Positions 34,365 to 43,068 of a stretch of 64,000 nt of DNA are shown in pieces. A program made the translations under genes and the position numbers. The notes below the pieces were generated by a model. It saw only the letters and a list, made by a program, of their open reading frames with translations, had not been told where the DNA came from and did not search any database. The number at the start of each line of letters is the position of its first letter. Within the stretch, counting starts at the first letter, position 1. Origin of the DNA: Oscillospiraceae bacterium. GTDB lineage: Bacteria > Bacillota > Clostridia > Oscillospirales > Butyricicoccaceae. The stretch spans positions 134-64,133 of the forward strand of contig SVKW01000001.1 in assembly GCA_015068285.1 (NCBI GenBank), given 5' to 3'.

Positions 34365-36343
34365 TAGAAGAATACCTTTCCCACATTATACATGATAAAT
34401 GTGACGATATATGCGAAAATTGTCTGGTATGTAAGGGCGAAAACCGCGATTTTGCCCTTGCCGATTTCACGCTTGATTGCGCCGAGAGCGCCGATACACG
34501 GAGCGCACAGCAGGTTGAAAATCAGGAAGCAATAAGCGGAAAGCGGTGTGAAAGCCTGCTGGAGATTTGCCCAGATTTCCATGCCGTCTTCAGCAACTTC
34601 GGCTGTGCCGTAGAGAACGCCGAATGTGCCGACGATGTTTTCCTTTGCGGCAAGACCTGTCAGGGTTGCAACGGAAGCTTCCCATGTGCCGAATCCGAGA
34701 GGCTTGAACACTGGAGCAATAACTGAGCCGATGTCAGCAAGCATGGATTCGTTGCTGTCCACCATTTCAAATGCAAAGTTGAAGTTGCTCAGCAGCCAGA
34801 TTACGATGCAGGCAACGAAAATTACAGTACCTGCCTTGACAGCAAACGAGCGGACGCGCTCCCATGTGTGTTTGAAAACATTGCTTGCCTTTGGCATATG
34901 ATATGCAGGAAGTTCCATGATAAACGGCGCTTCTTCCGACTTGAAAGGCTTTGTTTTCTTGAGAATAAGACCGGAAATGAGGATAGCCACGATGCCGATG
35001 AAGTAGGCAGAAGGAGCCACCCAGCTTGCGCCGCCGAACATTGCGCCCGAAATCATTGCGATTACAGGGAGTTTAGCCGAGCAAGGCATAAATGATGTTG
35101 TGATAACTGTCATTTTACGGTCGGATTCGCTTTCGATAGTACGGGAAGCCATAATGCCCGGGACAGAACAGCCTGTGCCGATGAGAATCGGAATGAAGCT
35201 CTTGCCCGAAAGTCCGAATTTTCTGAAAATCTTATCGAGCAAAAATGCAATTCGAGCCATATAGCCGCTGTCTTCAAGGAGAGAGAGCAGGAAGAACAGG
35301 AGGGCGAGCTGAGGCAGGAAGCCGAGTACAGCGCCCACACCGCCGATAACACCGTCTGTGATAAGGGCGATGAGCCATTCGCTTGTGCCGATGGATGCCA
35401 GCAGATTCTGTGCGCCCGGAATGATGATTTCGCCGATGAGAACATCATTCACCCAGTCGGTGGCGATAGTGCCGATAGTTGTGACAGAGATATAATATAC
35501 GCAGAACATGACGAAGGCAAAAATCGGCAGAGCCAGATATTTGTTCATCAGTATCTTATCAGGGTTGAAAGTCTTTTTCACGCCGCACTTGTGGCAGGTT
35601 TTCATCGACTTTTCGATGTATTCATAGCGCTCTGTTGCGAAAATACTTTCGATATCGTCATCGAAAATGCCTTCAAGCTCCTTGCGTACTCTTTCGGCAG
35701 TTTCCAGAGTTTCTTTGGAAACCTCAATTCCGAGGCGCTGGTCATTTTCCAGCAGACGAACTGCGTAATAACGCTTGTAGTTCAGGTCACCAAGTGTGTT
35801 TTCCAGCTCGTTTACATGCTCCTCGATGTGGTGGTCGAAAATAAGGCGCTTCTGCGGCTCAGTTCCCTTGACAGAGTAGACCTTGTTGAGCAAATCTGTA
35901 AAACCTTCGCTTCTCAGTGCGGAAATCTCAACGAAAGGACAGCCGTAAGCTTCCTCGAGAGACTTAATGCAGATGAAAGTGCCCTGCTTTCGCACAACGT
36001 CCATCATATTGAGAGCCACAACGACAGGAATGCCTATCTCGCGGAGCTGTGTTGTGAGATAGAGATTTCTTTCAAGATTTGTTGCATCGACGATGTTGAT
36101 GATGACATCAGGATGCTCGTTGATGAGATAATTGCGGGCAACGATTTCCTCGTTTGTGTATGGCGAAAGGGAGTAAATGCCCGGAAGGTCGGTCAGCGTA
36201 ATGCTCTTGTCGGCAAGCAGCTTGCCCTCCTTCTTTTCAACAGTAACGCCCGGCCAGTTGCCGACGTACTGATTTGAGCCGGTCAGCCCGTTGAACAGAG
36301 TGGTTTTACCGCTGTTCGGGTTACCTGCGAGTGCTATCTTCAT
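34364..36343 (-). CDS. feoB: Ferrous iron transporter FeoB
   Basis: N-terminal G domain MKIALAGNPNSGKTTLFN plus the polytopic permease domain. Confidence 0.95.
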   Translation of the reverse strand: MKIALAGNPNSGKTTLFNGLTGSNQYVGNWPGVTVEKKEGKLLADKSITLTDLPGIYSLSPYTNEEIVARNYLINEHPDVIINIVDATNLERNLYLTTQLREIGIPVVVALNMMDVVRKQGTFICIKSLEEAYGCPFVEISALRSEGFTDLLNKVYSVKGTEPQKRLIFDHHIEEHVNELENTLGDLNYKRYYAVRLLENDQRLGIEVSKETLETAERVRKELEGIFDDDIESIFATERYEYIEKSMKTCHKCGVKKTFNPDKILMNKYLALPIFAFVMFCVYYISVTTIGTIATDWVNDVLIGEIIIPGAQNLLASIGTSEWLIALITDGVIGGVGAVLGFLPQLALLFFLLSLLEDSGYMARIAFLLDKIFRKFGLSGKSFIPILIGTGCSVPGIMASRTIESESDRKMTVITTSFMPCSAKLPVIAMISGAMFGGASWVAPSAYFIGIVAILISGLILKKTKPFKSEEAPFIMELPAYHMPKASNVFKHTWERVRSFAVKAGTVIFVACIVIWLLSNFNFAFEMVDSNESMLADIGSVIAPVFKPLGFGTWEASVATLTGLAAKENIVGTFGVLYGTAEVAEDGMEIWANLQQAFTPLSAYCFLIFNLLCAPCIGALGAIKREIGKGKIAVFALTYQTIFAYIVTFIMYNVGKVFF

Positions 36344-36354
36344 GGCTTTTCCTC

Positions 36355-36579
36355 CTATACAACTTCAATAAATTCGGCGTCAGCCTTGCGGATGCTCAGG
36401 CTGTAGCCACGGAGACGAAGCTCCATAGGGTCGCCCAGCGGCGCCATGCGTTCGATGTAAACATTAGTGCCCTTTGTCAGCCCCATATCCATAATGCGTC
36501 TGCGGACAGCGCCTTCGCCGCCAAGCTTTGTAACGCGTACTGTCTGACCAGGCTTGATTTTATCCAGAGTGTTTGTCAT
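36355..36579 (-). CDS. feoA: FeoA
   Basis: 74-aa SH3-like FeoA (...VRVTKLGGEG...RRRIMDMGL...). Confidence 0.92.
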   Translation of the reverse strand: MTNTLDKIKPGQTVRVTKLGGEGAVRRRIMDMGLTKGTNVYIERMAPLGDPMELRLRGYSLSIRKADAEFIEVV

Positions 36580-36597
36580 AATTAAAACCTCCCGAAA

Positions 36598-36646
36598 GTT
36601 AGGATTTCCTAACCTATGTTTTAAAAATTAGTTAGCTCTTGCTAAC
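36598..36646. promoter_or_regulatory. Two palindromic operators in the feoA leader
   Basis: GTTAGGA-tt-TCCTAAC (36598-36613) and GTTAGC-tctt-GCTAAC (36631-36646). Extra CTAAC/GTTAG half-sites flank the -35 element. Confidence 0.6.
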
Positions 36647-36652
36647 AACTAT

Positions 36653-36681
36653 AGTTTACCATAACTAACTCAATATGTCAA
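36653..36681 (-). promoter_or_regulatory. feoA promoter
   Basis: On the minus strand: TTGACA, 17-nt spacer, TAAACT. Confidence 0.55.
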
Positions 36682-36708
36682 TAGACAGTTAGTGTAAATT
36701 TACCAATA

Positions 36709-36832
36709 TTACCACGCAGTATGATTTGTGCTATAATTATAGTACACTTCCCTCTGTGCCTCCGCTGTATAAGGAGAGAGAAGCAAACTGCAGGGTGCGG
36801 CATCTTCGGCACACCGTGAGATGGTGTGTTTT
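36709..36832 (+). ncRNA. Candidate small RNA divergent from feoA (promoter to terminator)
   Basis: TTACCA, 17-nt spacer, extended TGcTATAAT (36732-36737). Then a 5' hairpin with a CCUCC loop, and cacacc-gtgagat-ggtgtg followed by TTTT (36810-36832). Confidence 0.3.
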
Positions 36833-36880
36833 ATGTCAGTGTGCGTGTCAATATGATTTAAATGAACATATGGTTATATT

Positions 36881-37026
36881 ACAACCCCTCCACCGCTGAC
36901 CGCGGTCCCCCTCCCCGATAATGAGGTCCCCGACAAGCCTGCTTGTTGGGGTGTGAATCACAGGTAGGCTGAATTCTCTCCCTCCGTCATCGCAAAGCGA
37001 TGCCACCTCCCTCGTCAGAGGGAGGC
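36881..37026. repeat. Two adjacent type B mosaics
   Basis: acaacccctcc-accgc-tga-ccgcggt-ccccctcccc ... nested ccccgacaagc-ctgc-ttgttgggg, then ctccctccgtca-tcgc-aaa-gcga-tgccacctccc-tcgtcaga-gggaggc. Confidence 0.85.
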
Positions 37027-37120
37027 AAGAGGTGTGGGTGCAGCGCCGTAAAAAGTTATTGAAATATCCTCTGCATTGTATTATAATAAATGTATATGCA
37101 AAACAAAGAGAGGTAATTTT

Positions 37121-38056
37121 ATGAAAAAAGGCGCGTTTTACATTGCGTTCGCCACGCTGGTTTTCAGCACCATGGAGATCGCGCTCAAGTTTGTTTCGGG
37201 GCAGTTTGACCCTATTCAGATGACATTTTCCCGCTTTTTCGTCGGCGGACTTGTCCTTTTGCCTGTGGCACTCAAGAAAATTAAGGAGAAGGGCGTTAAA
37301 ATCGACAAATCCTCCTTCCTTTATTTCGCAATGCTGGGCTTTTTCGGCATTTTTCTTTTCGGCACATTCTATCAGCTTTCAATTTCACGCATACAGTCCT
37401 CTGTTGTCGCTGTAACATTCAGCAGCAACCCTGTTTTCGTAACTCTGCTCGCCTATCTTATCCTGCGTGAGCCTATCTCGAAAAACCAGGTGGCAGGCCT
37501 GATTTTTGACATTATCGGTATTCTTATCATTATAAATCCGTTCAACACACAGCTCGATGCCCTCGGCATTGTTTTCGTCCTTTTAGCCACATTCTTCTTC
37601 TCCCTTTACGCTGTATTGGGCAAGAGAGAGACCAAGAAATACGGCGGTCTTGTCGTGACTTGCTTCGGCTTCCTTATCGGCGCTGTTGAAATGATGATTG
37701 TTTCGGCACTCGGCAATATTCCTGCCATTGCAGAGCTTTTCACAAGCATCGGACTTGAAAAGTTTGCAAATGTGCCTTTCCTTGCAGGCTATACAGCTTC
37801 AAATCTGCCAATTATGCTTTACGCATACATCGGCGTTACAGGTCTCGGCTTCTGCGCATACTTCCTTTCGATGGAAAAGACTTCTGCGGCGGAGACATCA
37901 CTGGTATTCTTCTTCAAGCCGGCCCTCGCCCCTGTGCTTGCCCTTCTGATTCTCGGTGAGCCGATTCCGTTCAATATGTTCATCGGTATCCTGCTCATTC
38001 TCGCAGGCTCCATGGTTTCAATTTATCCGAATCTTAAAAAAGCGCTGAAAAAATAG
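37121..38056 (+). CDS. EamA/DMT-family transporter
   Basis: 10-TM protein with duplicated EamA-like halves. ATG at 37121 after AGAGAGG. Confidence 0.85.
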   Translation: MKKGAFYIAFATLVFSTMEIALKFVSGQFDPIQMTFSRFFVGGLVLLPVALKKIKEKGVKIDKSSFLYFAMLGFFGIFLFGTFYQLSISRIQSSVVAVTFSSNPVFVTLLAYLILREPISKNQVAGLIFDIIGILIIINPFNTQLDALGIVFVLLATFFFSLYAVLGKRETKKYGGLVVTCFGFLIGAVEMMIVSALGNIPAIAELFTSIGLEKFANVPFLAGYTASNLPIMLYAYIGVTGLGFCAYFLSMEKTSAAETSLVFFFKPALAPVLALLILGEPIPFNMFIGILLILAGSMVSIYPNLKKALKK

Positions 38057-38070
38057 TAAAATAATGAAAG

Positions 38071-38096
38071 GCTCTCCATTCCGGAGAGCCTTTTTT
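38071..38096 (+). terminator. Terminator after the EamA gene
   Basis: ggctctcc-attc-cggagagcc followed by TTTTTT. Confidence 0.75.
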
Positions 38097-38099
38097 ACT

Positions 38100-38125
38100 G
38101 GCGGGCATGGAAACCCGCCCCTGCA
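38100..38125. repeat. Hairpin with a CTGCA tail (variant of the GTAG-tailed class)
   Basis: ggcggg-catggaaa-cccgcc-CCTGCA. Compare 17194-17221 in the opposite orientation. Confidence 0.7.
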
Positions 38126-38180
38126 ATAATCCCTTGTTTAATGCGAACTGTATCAAAAAAGACCTCCGTCCGGAGGTCTT

Positions 38181-38315
38181 TTATTTTTTGTCTGTACGAT
38201 ATAAAATATAGTCTACCGTTGTCTTATGAAAATCAGCAAGCTTTACCAATATTTCAGTAGGAATATCCAATTCACCGCGTTCATAGTTGCTATAAACTCG
38301 CTGACTGCATTTTAC
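38181..38315 (-). pseudogene. 5'-truncated XRE-family HTH gene remnant
   Basis: The open frame encodes only ...KCSQRVYSNYERGELDIPTEILVKLADFHKTTVDYILYRTDKK*. There is no start codon, and an in-frame stop lies at 38316-38318. A type B repeat sits immediately upstream. Confidence 0.6.
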
Positions 38316-38336
38316 TTATATTCTACATATTTTTCC

Positions 38337-38398
38337 TACCCCTCCACCATTCTACGAATGGTCCCCCTCCCCTCGCAAGGGGAGGCTGGGGGGTGGGA
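38337..38398. repeat. Type B mosaic element
   Basis: tacccctcc-accat-tctacga-atggt-ccccctcccc-tcgcaa-ggggaggc. Confidence 0.85.
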
Positions 38399-38477
38399 AA
38401 ACTTTTAGCGGTTTTTCCGCTAAAATTCACTTTTCTTATTTTATTATGATATAATTACAATAAAAAGAGGTGAAATT

Positions 38478-38771
38478 ATGACTATACTTGATGATTTTTT
38501 CGACGGCAACATCAACCCGGCAGAAAAATATATAAAGCCGGGAAGCGAATATCACTCCGTCACTTGTGAACTGACCGCAAGCATTGAAGCGCTGATGCCC
38601 TTTCTCAATAAAGAAGCCCGTATGATTTACGACAGAATCGAAGACCTCATGGCGAAACAAGGATATATCTCCGAAAAAGAGCGTTTCATCGAGGGTTTCT
38701 GTCTCGGCGCCCGGATAATCCTCGAAATTATGGCATATAAAAACTCCCCGTGGATTTCACGGGGAGAATAA
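38478..38771 (+). CDS. Small hypothetical protein (DUF6809-like, by recollection)
   Basis: 97 aa, MTILDDFFDGNINPAEKY... RBS AGAGGTGA. Divergent from the XRE remnant. Confidence 0.55.
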   Translation: MTILDDFFDGNINPAEKYIKPGSEYHSVTCELTASIEALMPFLNKEARMIYDRIEDLMAKQGYISEKERFIEGFCLGARIILEIMAYKNSPWISRGE

Positions 38772-38781
38772 TTCTTACATA

Positions 38782-40266
38782 TTAAATAATAACTGCGGCT
38801 GCGAGGAGTATTGCTATCACGATGCCCAATATCAGCAAAAATTTCCAGATGTGCTTGACGAATCTGTCGTAAGGAATTCTGCCCAATGTGAGGGCGCCCA
38901 TAAGCACGCCGCTTGTCGGTGTGATAAGATTTACAAGACCGCTTGCCGACTGGAATGCTGTAACCGCAATGTCGCGTCCGACGCCGACAAAGTCAGAAAG
39001 CGGAGCGATAATAGGCATTGAAAGTGTTGCAAGACCGCTGGACGACGGCACGAAGAATGAAAGCGGAATATAGAAAATAAAGGTTAAAATCGCATAAGCC
39101 ACATCGGAGATACCGCTGAGAAGCACTTCGCCCATGTGAAGCACGGAAGCTGTCATGCCGCCTGCGTTCATTACAACTGTGATACCGCGGGAAATGCCGA
39201 TGATGAGGACGACAGAGAACAAATCCTTTGCGCCCGATACGAATGTATCAAAGAAGTGCTGCTCGCCCTTGCCGATGATGATGCCTGTGATAATTGCGCA
39301 GGTGAGGAAGAGCATTGAAAGCTCGGCAAACCACCAGTCGCCAAGCGGCACCATGTGGCCCAAAATATTGCCGATTACAGGCAGACCCGTGAGGAAGCTG
39401 TGGGCATCTTCAAAAATCGTGATGCCGAATTTGCCCGACCACGGCACGATGCCGAGGACCATAATGACGAAGGACAGGGCGAAAATCGAAAGAATAAGCT
39501 TGTGCTGGCGTGTGAGCTGTGCATTTTCCGAAACATTGGAGGAATATGCCATAAAATGCTTTTCATTTTCGGCTTTCTGGTCATAGACTATCGACTTTTT
39601 AGGGTCTTTCTTGACCTTTTTTGCGTAATTCATAACGAAAATGCTGCCGAGAACAACGCAGATAACGAGAATTATAAGGCGAAGCACAAGACCGTCACCG
39701 ATGGAGATATCGGCAAAGCCTGATGCGATACCTGTTGCGAATGGGTTTACTGTCGAGCCCAGTGTGCCGAGGCCTGCGCCGAGGGCAACAACATAGACAC
39801 CGACAACAGAGTCATAGCCCATTGCGATGAAAACAGGAATGAGAATGAGGTAAAACGCCATGGTTTCTTCCCACATACCGAATGTTGTGCCGCCGAGGGC
39901 AAAAAGGCACATAAGCACAGGAATGAGCAGATGCTCCTTTCCGCGCAGCTTGCGGATAACCGACTTGATGCCGACATCAATAGCGCCCGACGACATTACG
40001 ACAGCGATATAGCCACCCATGACGAGGATGTATGTGGAGATATCAATGGCTTCCATAAAGCCCTGAATCGGTGCGATGAGCACATCCCATATACCCTGCG
40101 GATTTTTTTCAGCCGCTGTATATGTGCCGGCTATCGGCTGGAGCTTTTCAGCTTCGGGATCCACATATTCATAGGTGCCTGCCGGGACAATCCATGTGAG
40201 AATTGCCACAAGAGCTATTATTGCGAAAAGTGTTGTGTAGCTCGATGGCATTCTGAGTTTTTTCAT
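38782..40266 (-). CDS. YfcC-family (DcuC/ArcD-like) anaerobic carrier
   Basis: 494 aa, MKKLRMPSSYTTLFAIIALVAILTWIVPAG..., typical of the YfcC family. Confidence 0.85.
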   Translation of the reverse strand: MKKLRMPSSYTTLFAIIALVAILTWIVPAGTYEYVDPEAEKLQPIAGTYTAAEKNPQGIWDVLIAPIQGFMEAIDISTYILVMGGYIAVVMSSGAIDVGIKSVIRKLRGKEHLLIPVLMCLFALGGTTFGMWEETMAFYLILIPVFIAMGYDSVVGVYVVALGAGLGTLGSTVNPFATGIASGFADISIGDGLVLRLIILVICVVLGSIFVMNYAKKVKKDPKKSIVYDQKAENEKHFMAYSSNVSENAQLTRQHKLILSIFALSFVIMVLGIVPWSGKFGITIFEDAHSFLTGLPVIGNILGHMVPLGDWWFAELSMLFLTCAIITGIIIGKGEQHFFDTFVSGAKDLFSVVLIIGISRGITVVMNAGGMTASVLHMGEVLLSGISDVAYAILTFIFYIPLSFFVPSSSGLATLSMPIIAPLSDFVGVGRDIAVTAFQSASGLVNLITPTSGVLMGALTLGRIPYDRFVKHIWKFLLILGIVIAILLAAAVII

Positions 40267-40395
40267 TGGCGTTACCTCCTTGAGGGGGAAATTTTCATAG
40301 TATAATTATACTATAATCAAAGCGCAAATTTCAACAAAAATTCGGTTACAAATGAAAAAAATATGCCGTGTCCGCGCAGTTTGCGCAATTTACAA

Positions 40396-40857
40396 AGCCT
40401 TCCCCTCGAGGGGAAGGCTTTATTCGGGCCGTCGGGGACGCCGGTCCCTACACGGCTTCTGCAAACCGATGGAAAGATTCTTCGCATTCGCTCAGAATGA
40501 CAGATAGTTTTAAGCCTCCCCTTGTTAAGGGGAGGTGCTGAACGCAGTGAAGCGGAGGGGTGTAGGGCGTAGCCCGTCTATTTAATCCACAACCCCTCCA
40601 CCATCGTTCCGATGGTCCCCCTCCCCTTGTTAAGGGGAGGCTAAGTGAGATTGGTTGTAGGGGCGAGCATTGCTCGTCCGGAATATTATTTCACAACCCC
40701 TCCGACGGCTAACGCCGCCACCTCCCCTTGCACAGGGGAGGCTAACAGGTTTGCAACCGCACTTTTTCACTATCGACCGGCGAGAGCAAGCCCCCGCCCT
40801 ACAGTGCCACCTCATCCACCATCTACGATGGTCCCCCTTCCCCTCAAGGGGAAGGCT
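40396..40857. repeat. Mosaic of about 0.46 kb made only of hairpin modules
   Basis: In order: ccttcccc-tcga-ggggaagg; gggccg-tcggggacgc-cggtcc-CTACA; gattcttcgcattcgctcagaatgaca; cctcccc-ttgttaa-ggggagg; a type B element; GTAG-gggcgagca-t-tgctcgtcc; a type B variant; ggcgagagcaagcccccgcc-CTACA; a type B element. Confidence 0.9.
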
Positions 40858-40862
40858 TAATT

Positions 40863-41921
40863 TTACCCTACCATGCGTTTCATGGCGTCATAGTTGAATG
40901 AATGGAGCAGGGCGGTTTCTCTTGTGATTTTGCCCTGTTTCCACAGCTCGACAAGGCTTGAATCCATGGTTTTCATGCCCTGCGCCATACCTGAATACAT
41001 TATCGACTCAAGCTGATGCATTTTCGACTCTCTTATGAGATTTTTAACGGCATTTGTTGCCGTCATTATTTCAAAGGCAGGCACTCGTCCGCCCTCTTTG
41101 CCCTGCACAAGCTGCTGGGAAACGACAGCCTGAAGCACCATTGAAAGCTGGACGCGCACCTGTGTCTGCTGTCCCGGCGGAAAGGCATCTATTATTCTGT
41201 CGATGGCATTTGCCGCCCCCAATGTATGAAGGGTGGACAGCACAAGATGCCCTGTTTCTGCCGCTGTGATGGCGATATTTATCGTTTCGGCATCACGCAT
41301 TTCGCCTATGAAAATCACATCGGGCGACTGGCGAAGGGCAGATTTCAGCCCTGTCACATAATCTTTCGTATCAATGGAGATTTCTCTCTGGCTGACGATG
41401 CACCTGTTGTGCCTGTGCAGAAACTCGATAGGGTCCTCAAGTGTCATCACATGGCCCTCACGGGTGCTGTTTATGCGGTCGATAAGGCAGGCGAGAGTTG
41501 TGCTTTTGCCTGAGCCTGCAGGACCTGTCACAAGGACAAGTCCGCCTTTTTTGCGGCTTAAATCCATTACCGTTTCGGGAATGCCCAGCTTTTTATAATC
41601 GGGCAGGTTAAAATGCACGACACGCATTATAACGGCAAGGGAGCCCCGCTGTTTATATAAATTGACGCGGAAACGCCCCTCGCCGGGGAGAGAAAAGGAA
41701 AAATCATCGTCCCCTTCCTCGATATGCCGTGCCATTTCGCCCCTTTTTGCAAGGGCATAAATGCCCTCAACATAGCTCAGGGTGTGTTCCGGCTTTAAAA
41801 TTTCATTGCCCTGCCTGACAAGGCTGCCATTCATTTTGAAGCCGACAGGGCAGCCCGCCACAAGAAAGATGTCGGAGGCATTTTTAGCTATTGCGCTTTT
41901 GAGGATTTCTTCAAGGGTCAT
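40863..41921 (-). CDS. PilT/ComGA-like secretion ATPase
   Basis: Walker A GPAGSGKST, Walker B DVIFIGEMRD, His box GHLVLSTLHT. The ATG at 41919-41921 lies 1 nt after the upstream stop. An alternative TTG start is at 41945. Confidence 0.88.
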   Translation of the reverse strand: MTLEEILKSAIAKNASDIFLVAGCPVGFKMNGSLVRQGNEILKPEHTLSYVEGIYALAKRGEMARHIEEGDDDFSFSLPGEGRFRVNLYKQRGSLAVIMRVVHFNLPDYKKLGIPETVMDLSRKKGGLVLVTGPAGSGKSTTLACLIDRINSTREGHVMTLEDPIEFLHRHNRCIVSQREISIDTKDYVTGLKSALRQSPDVIFIGEMRDAETINIAITAAETGHLVLSTLHTLGAANAIDRIIDAFPPGQQTQVRVQLSMVLQAVVSQQLVQGKEGGRVPAFEIMTATNAVKNLIRESKMHQLESIMYSGMAQGMKTMDSSLVELWKQGKITRETALLHSFNYDAMKRMVG

Positions 41922-41922
41922 C

Positions 41923-42273
41923 TTATTTTCCGTCCCATAATTCAAGGATATTGCCGCCGTATTCGCCGTTTTGGTTGGGAATAAGGCGGTATTTTTCTAT
42001 TTCAAGCTTATTGTTTTCATTTTTTGCGCTGACATGGAGCGTCATGCTTTCGCCTTCGATTTCAAACTGGACTTTTTCGCCCTCATTCAGCTTTGCAAGC
42101 CGCTCCTGCGCCATCATATCGAGGGAATAATACTCGATAACGGCATTTTCCGCACGATTTGTCAGGGCGAGGTCGGCGTTTGCTGTCGAAAGGGCAAGAG
42201 ATGCAAGAGATGCCAGCATAATCACGGCAAAGGCTGTAAAGATGAGCGCCGCGCCGACGGGGGATTTTTTCAT
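41923..42273 (-). CDS. Small membrane-anchored protein (pseudopilin-like position)
   Basis: MKKSPVGAALIFTAFAVIMLASLASLAL... ATG after GGGAGG. ATGA overlap with the upstream ORF. Confidence 0.6.
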   Translation of the reverse strand: MKKSPVGAALIFTAFAVIMLASLASLALSTANADLALTNRAENAVIEYYSLDMMAQERLAKLNEGEKVQFEIEGESMTLHVSAKNENNKLEIEKYRLIPNQNGEYGGNILELWDGK

Positions 42274-42638
42274 CGGAGCGCCCTCCCGAATTCTATGGCG
42301 CACAGCTTTTCCGAGCCTGCTCTGAGGAATGGATAGGGGGCTGTTTTTTCGCAGGAGACCTTGGCTTCATAGAAGCTGTTTTTAATATTTCCTGTGATTT
42401 TCAGCACAAAAGCCGCCTTGTTTTCATCACATTCCTGCCAGTTTTCGTCGAAATATTGGGTAAAATCGCCTGTTTCAGCCTTTTCGATGGCATTCTGCGC
42501 TTTATATATGGCGTTGGTTTTGTCGGAGGACAAAACTGCGGTGTACCGCGCCGAGAGGAATATCCCCAGCGTGACCACGCCTGCAAATGCCAGTATCACT
42601 ATTGAAATTATCATTTCAAGCAGAGGAGCTTTTTGCAT
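42270..42638 (-). CDS. Pseudopilin-like protein
   Basis: MQKAPLLEMIISIVILAFAGVV: a short charged leader, then a hydrophobic helix with Glu at the position expected for prepilins, but no canonical G-F-T-L. Confidence 0.6.
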   Translation of the reverse strand: MQKAPLLEMIISIVILAFAGVVTLGIFLSARYTAVLSSDKTNAIYKAQNAIEKAETGDFTQYFDENWQECDENKAAFVLKITGNIKNSFYEAKVSCEKTAPYPFLRAGSEKLCAIEFGRALR

Positions 42639-42642
42639 TTTT

Positions 42643-43068
42643 TCACCTGTTTTTCGCAAAAATAAGGGGATAAACCCGATTATTTATGCCGATATTTATA
42701 TAAATCCTATGATTTTCTTCTGTCACTTCAAGGCTTTCCGCCGCGGCTATCTCATAGCCGTAATCGGGCTGAAACTCGGCATCTTCCTCGCCGAAATATT
42801 CCATAATCGCGCCGTTAAAATAATAAATACGGCTTATAAAGCCGTCTTCATCTGTAATTATCTGTCCGTTTTCCGCCGAAACCCTGTCCGATTGGCGGAT
42901 TTTTGTGGAAATATAGGAGAGCGCTGTGCGTGTCATGTGATTTTCTTCCATATCGGCGGCGATATTTTCATATACCGAGGCGGCTGTCGCTGTCAGCGCA
43001 AGGGTAAAGAGGGCAAATATCAGGCACAAGGTCAGGAAGAAAAGGCTTTGCAGGCTGTTTCTATTCAT
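42643..43068 (-). CDS. Small membrane-anchored protein of the pilus-like locus
   Basis: 141 aa with N-terminal hydrophobic helix SLFFLTLCLIFALFTLALTA. Overlaps its neighbours. Confidence 0.6.
   Translation of the reverse strand: MNRNSLQSLFFLTLCLIFALFTLALTATAASVYENIAADMEENHMTRTALSYISTKIRQSDRVSAENGQIITDEDGFISRIYYFNGAIMEYFGEEDAEFQPDYGYEIAAAESLEVTEENHRIYINIGINNRVYPLIFAKNR

Noticed and set aside
38226-38408. 60-aa plus-strand ORF MKISKLYQYFSRNIQ...
   Set aside because: It runs antisense through the XRE gene remnant and then through a type B repeat. It has no RBS and is not credible as a gene.
40396-40857. Whether the dense repeat blocks could be CRISPR arrays.
   Set aside because: There is no constant-length identical repeat alternating with unique spacers. 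The modules differ in sequence, length and orientation, and no cas genes are present.
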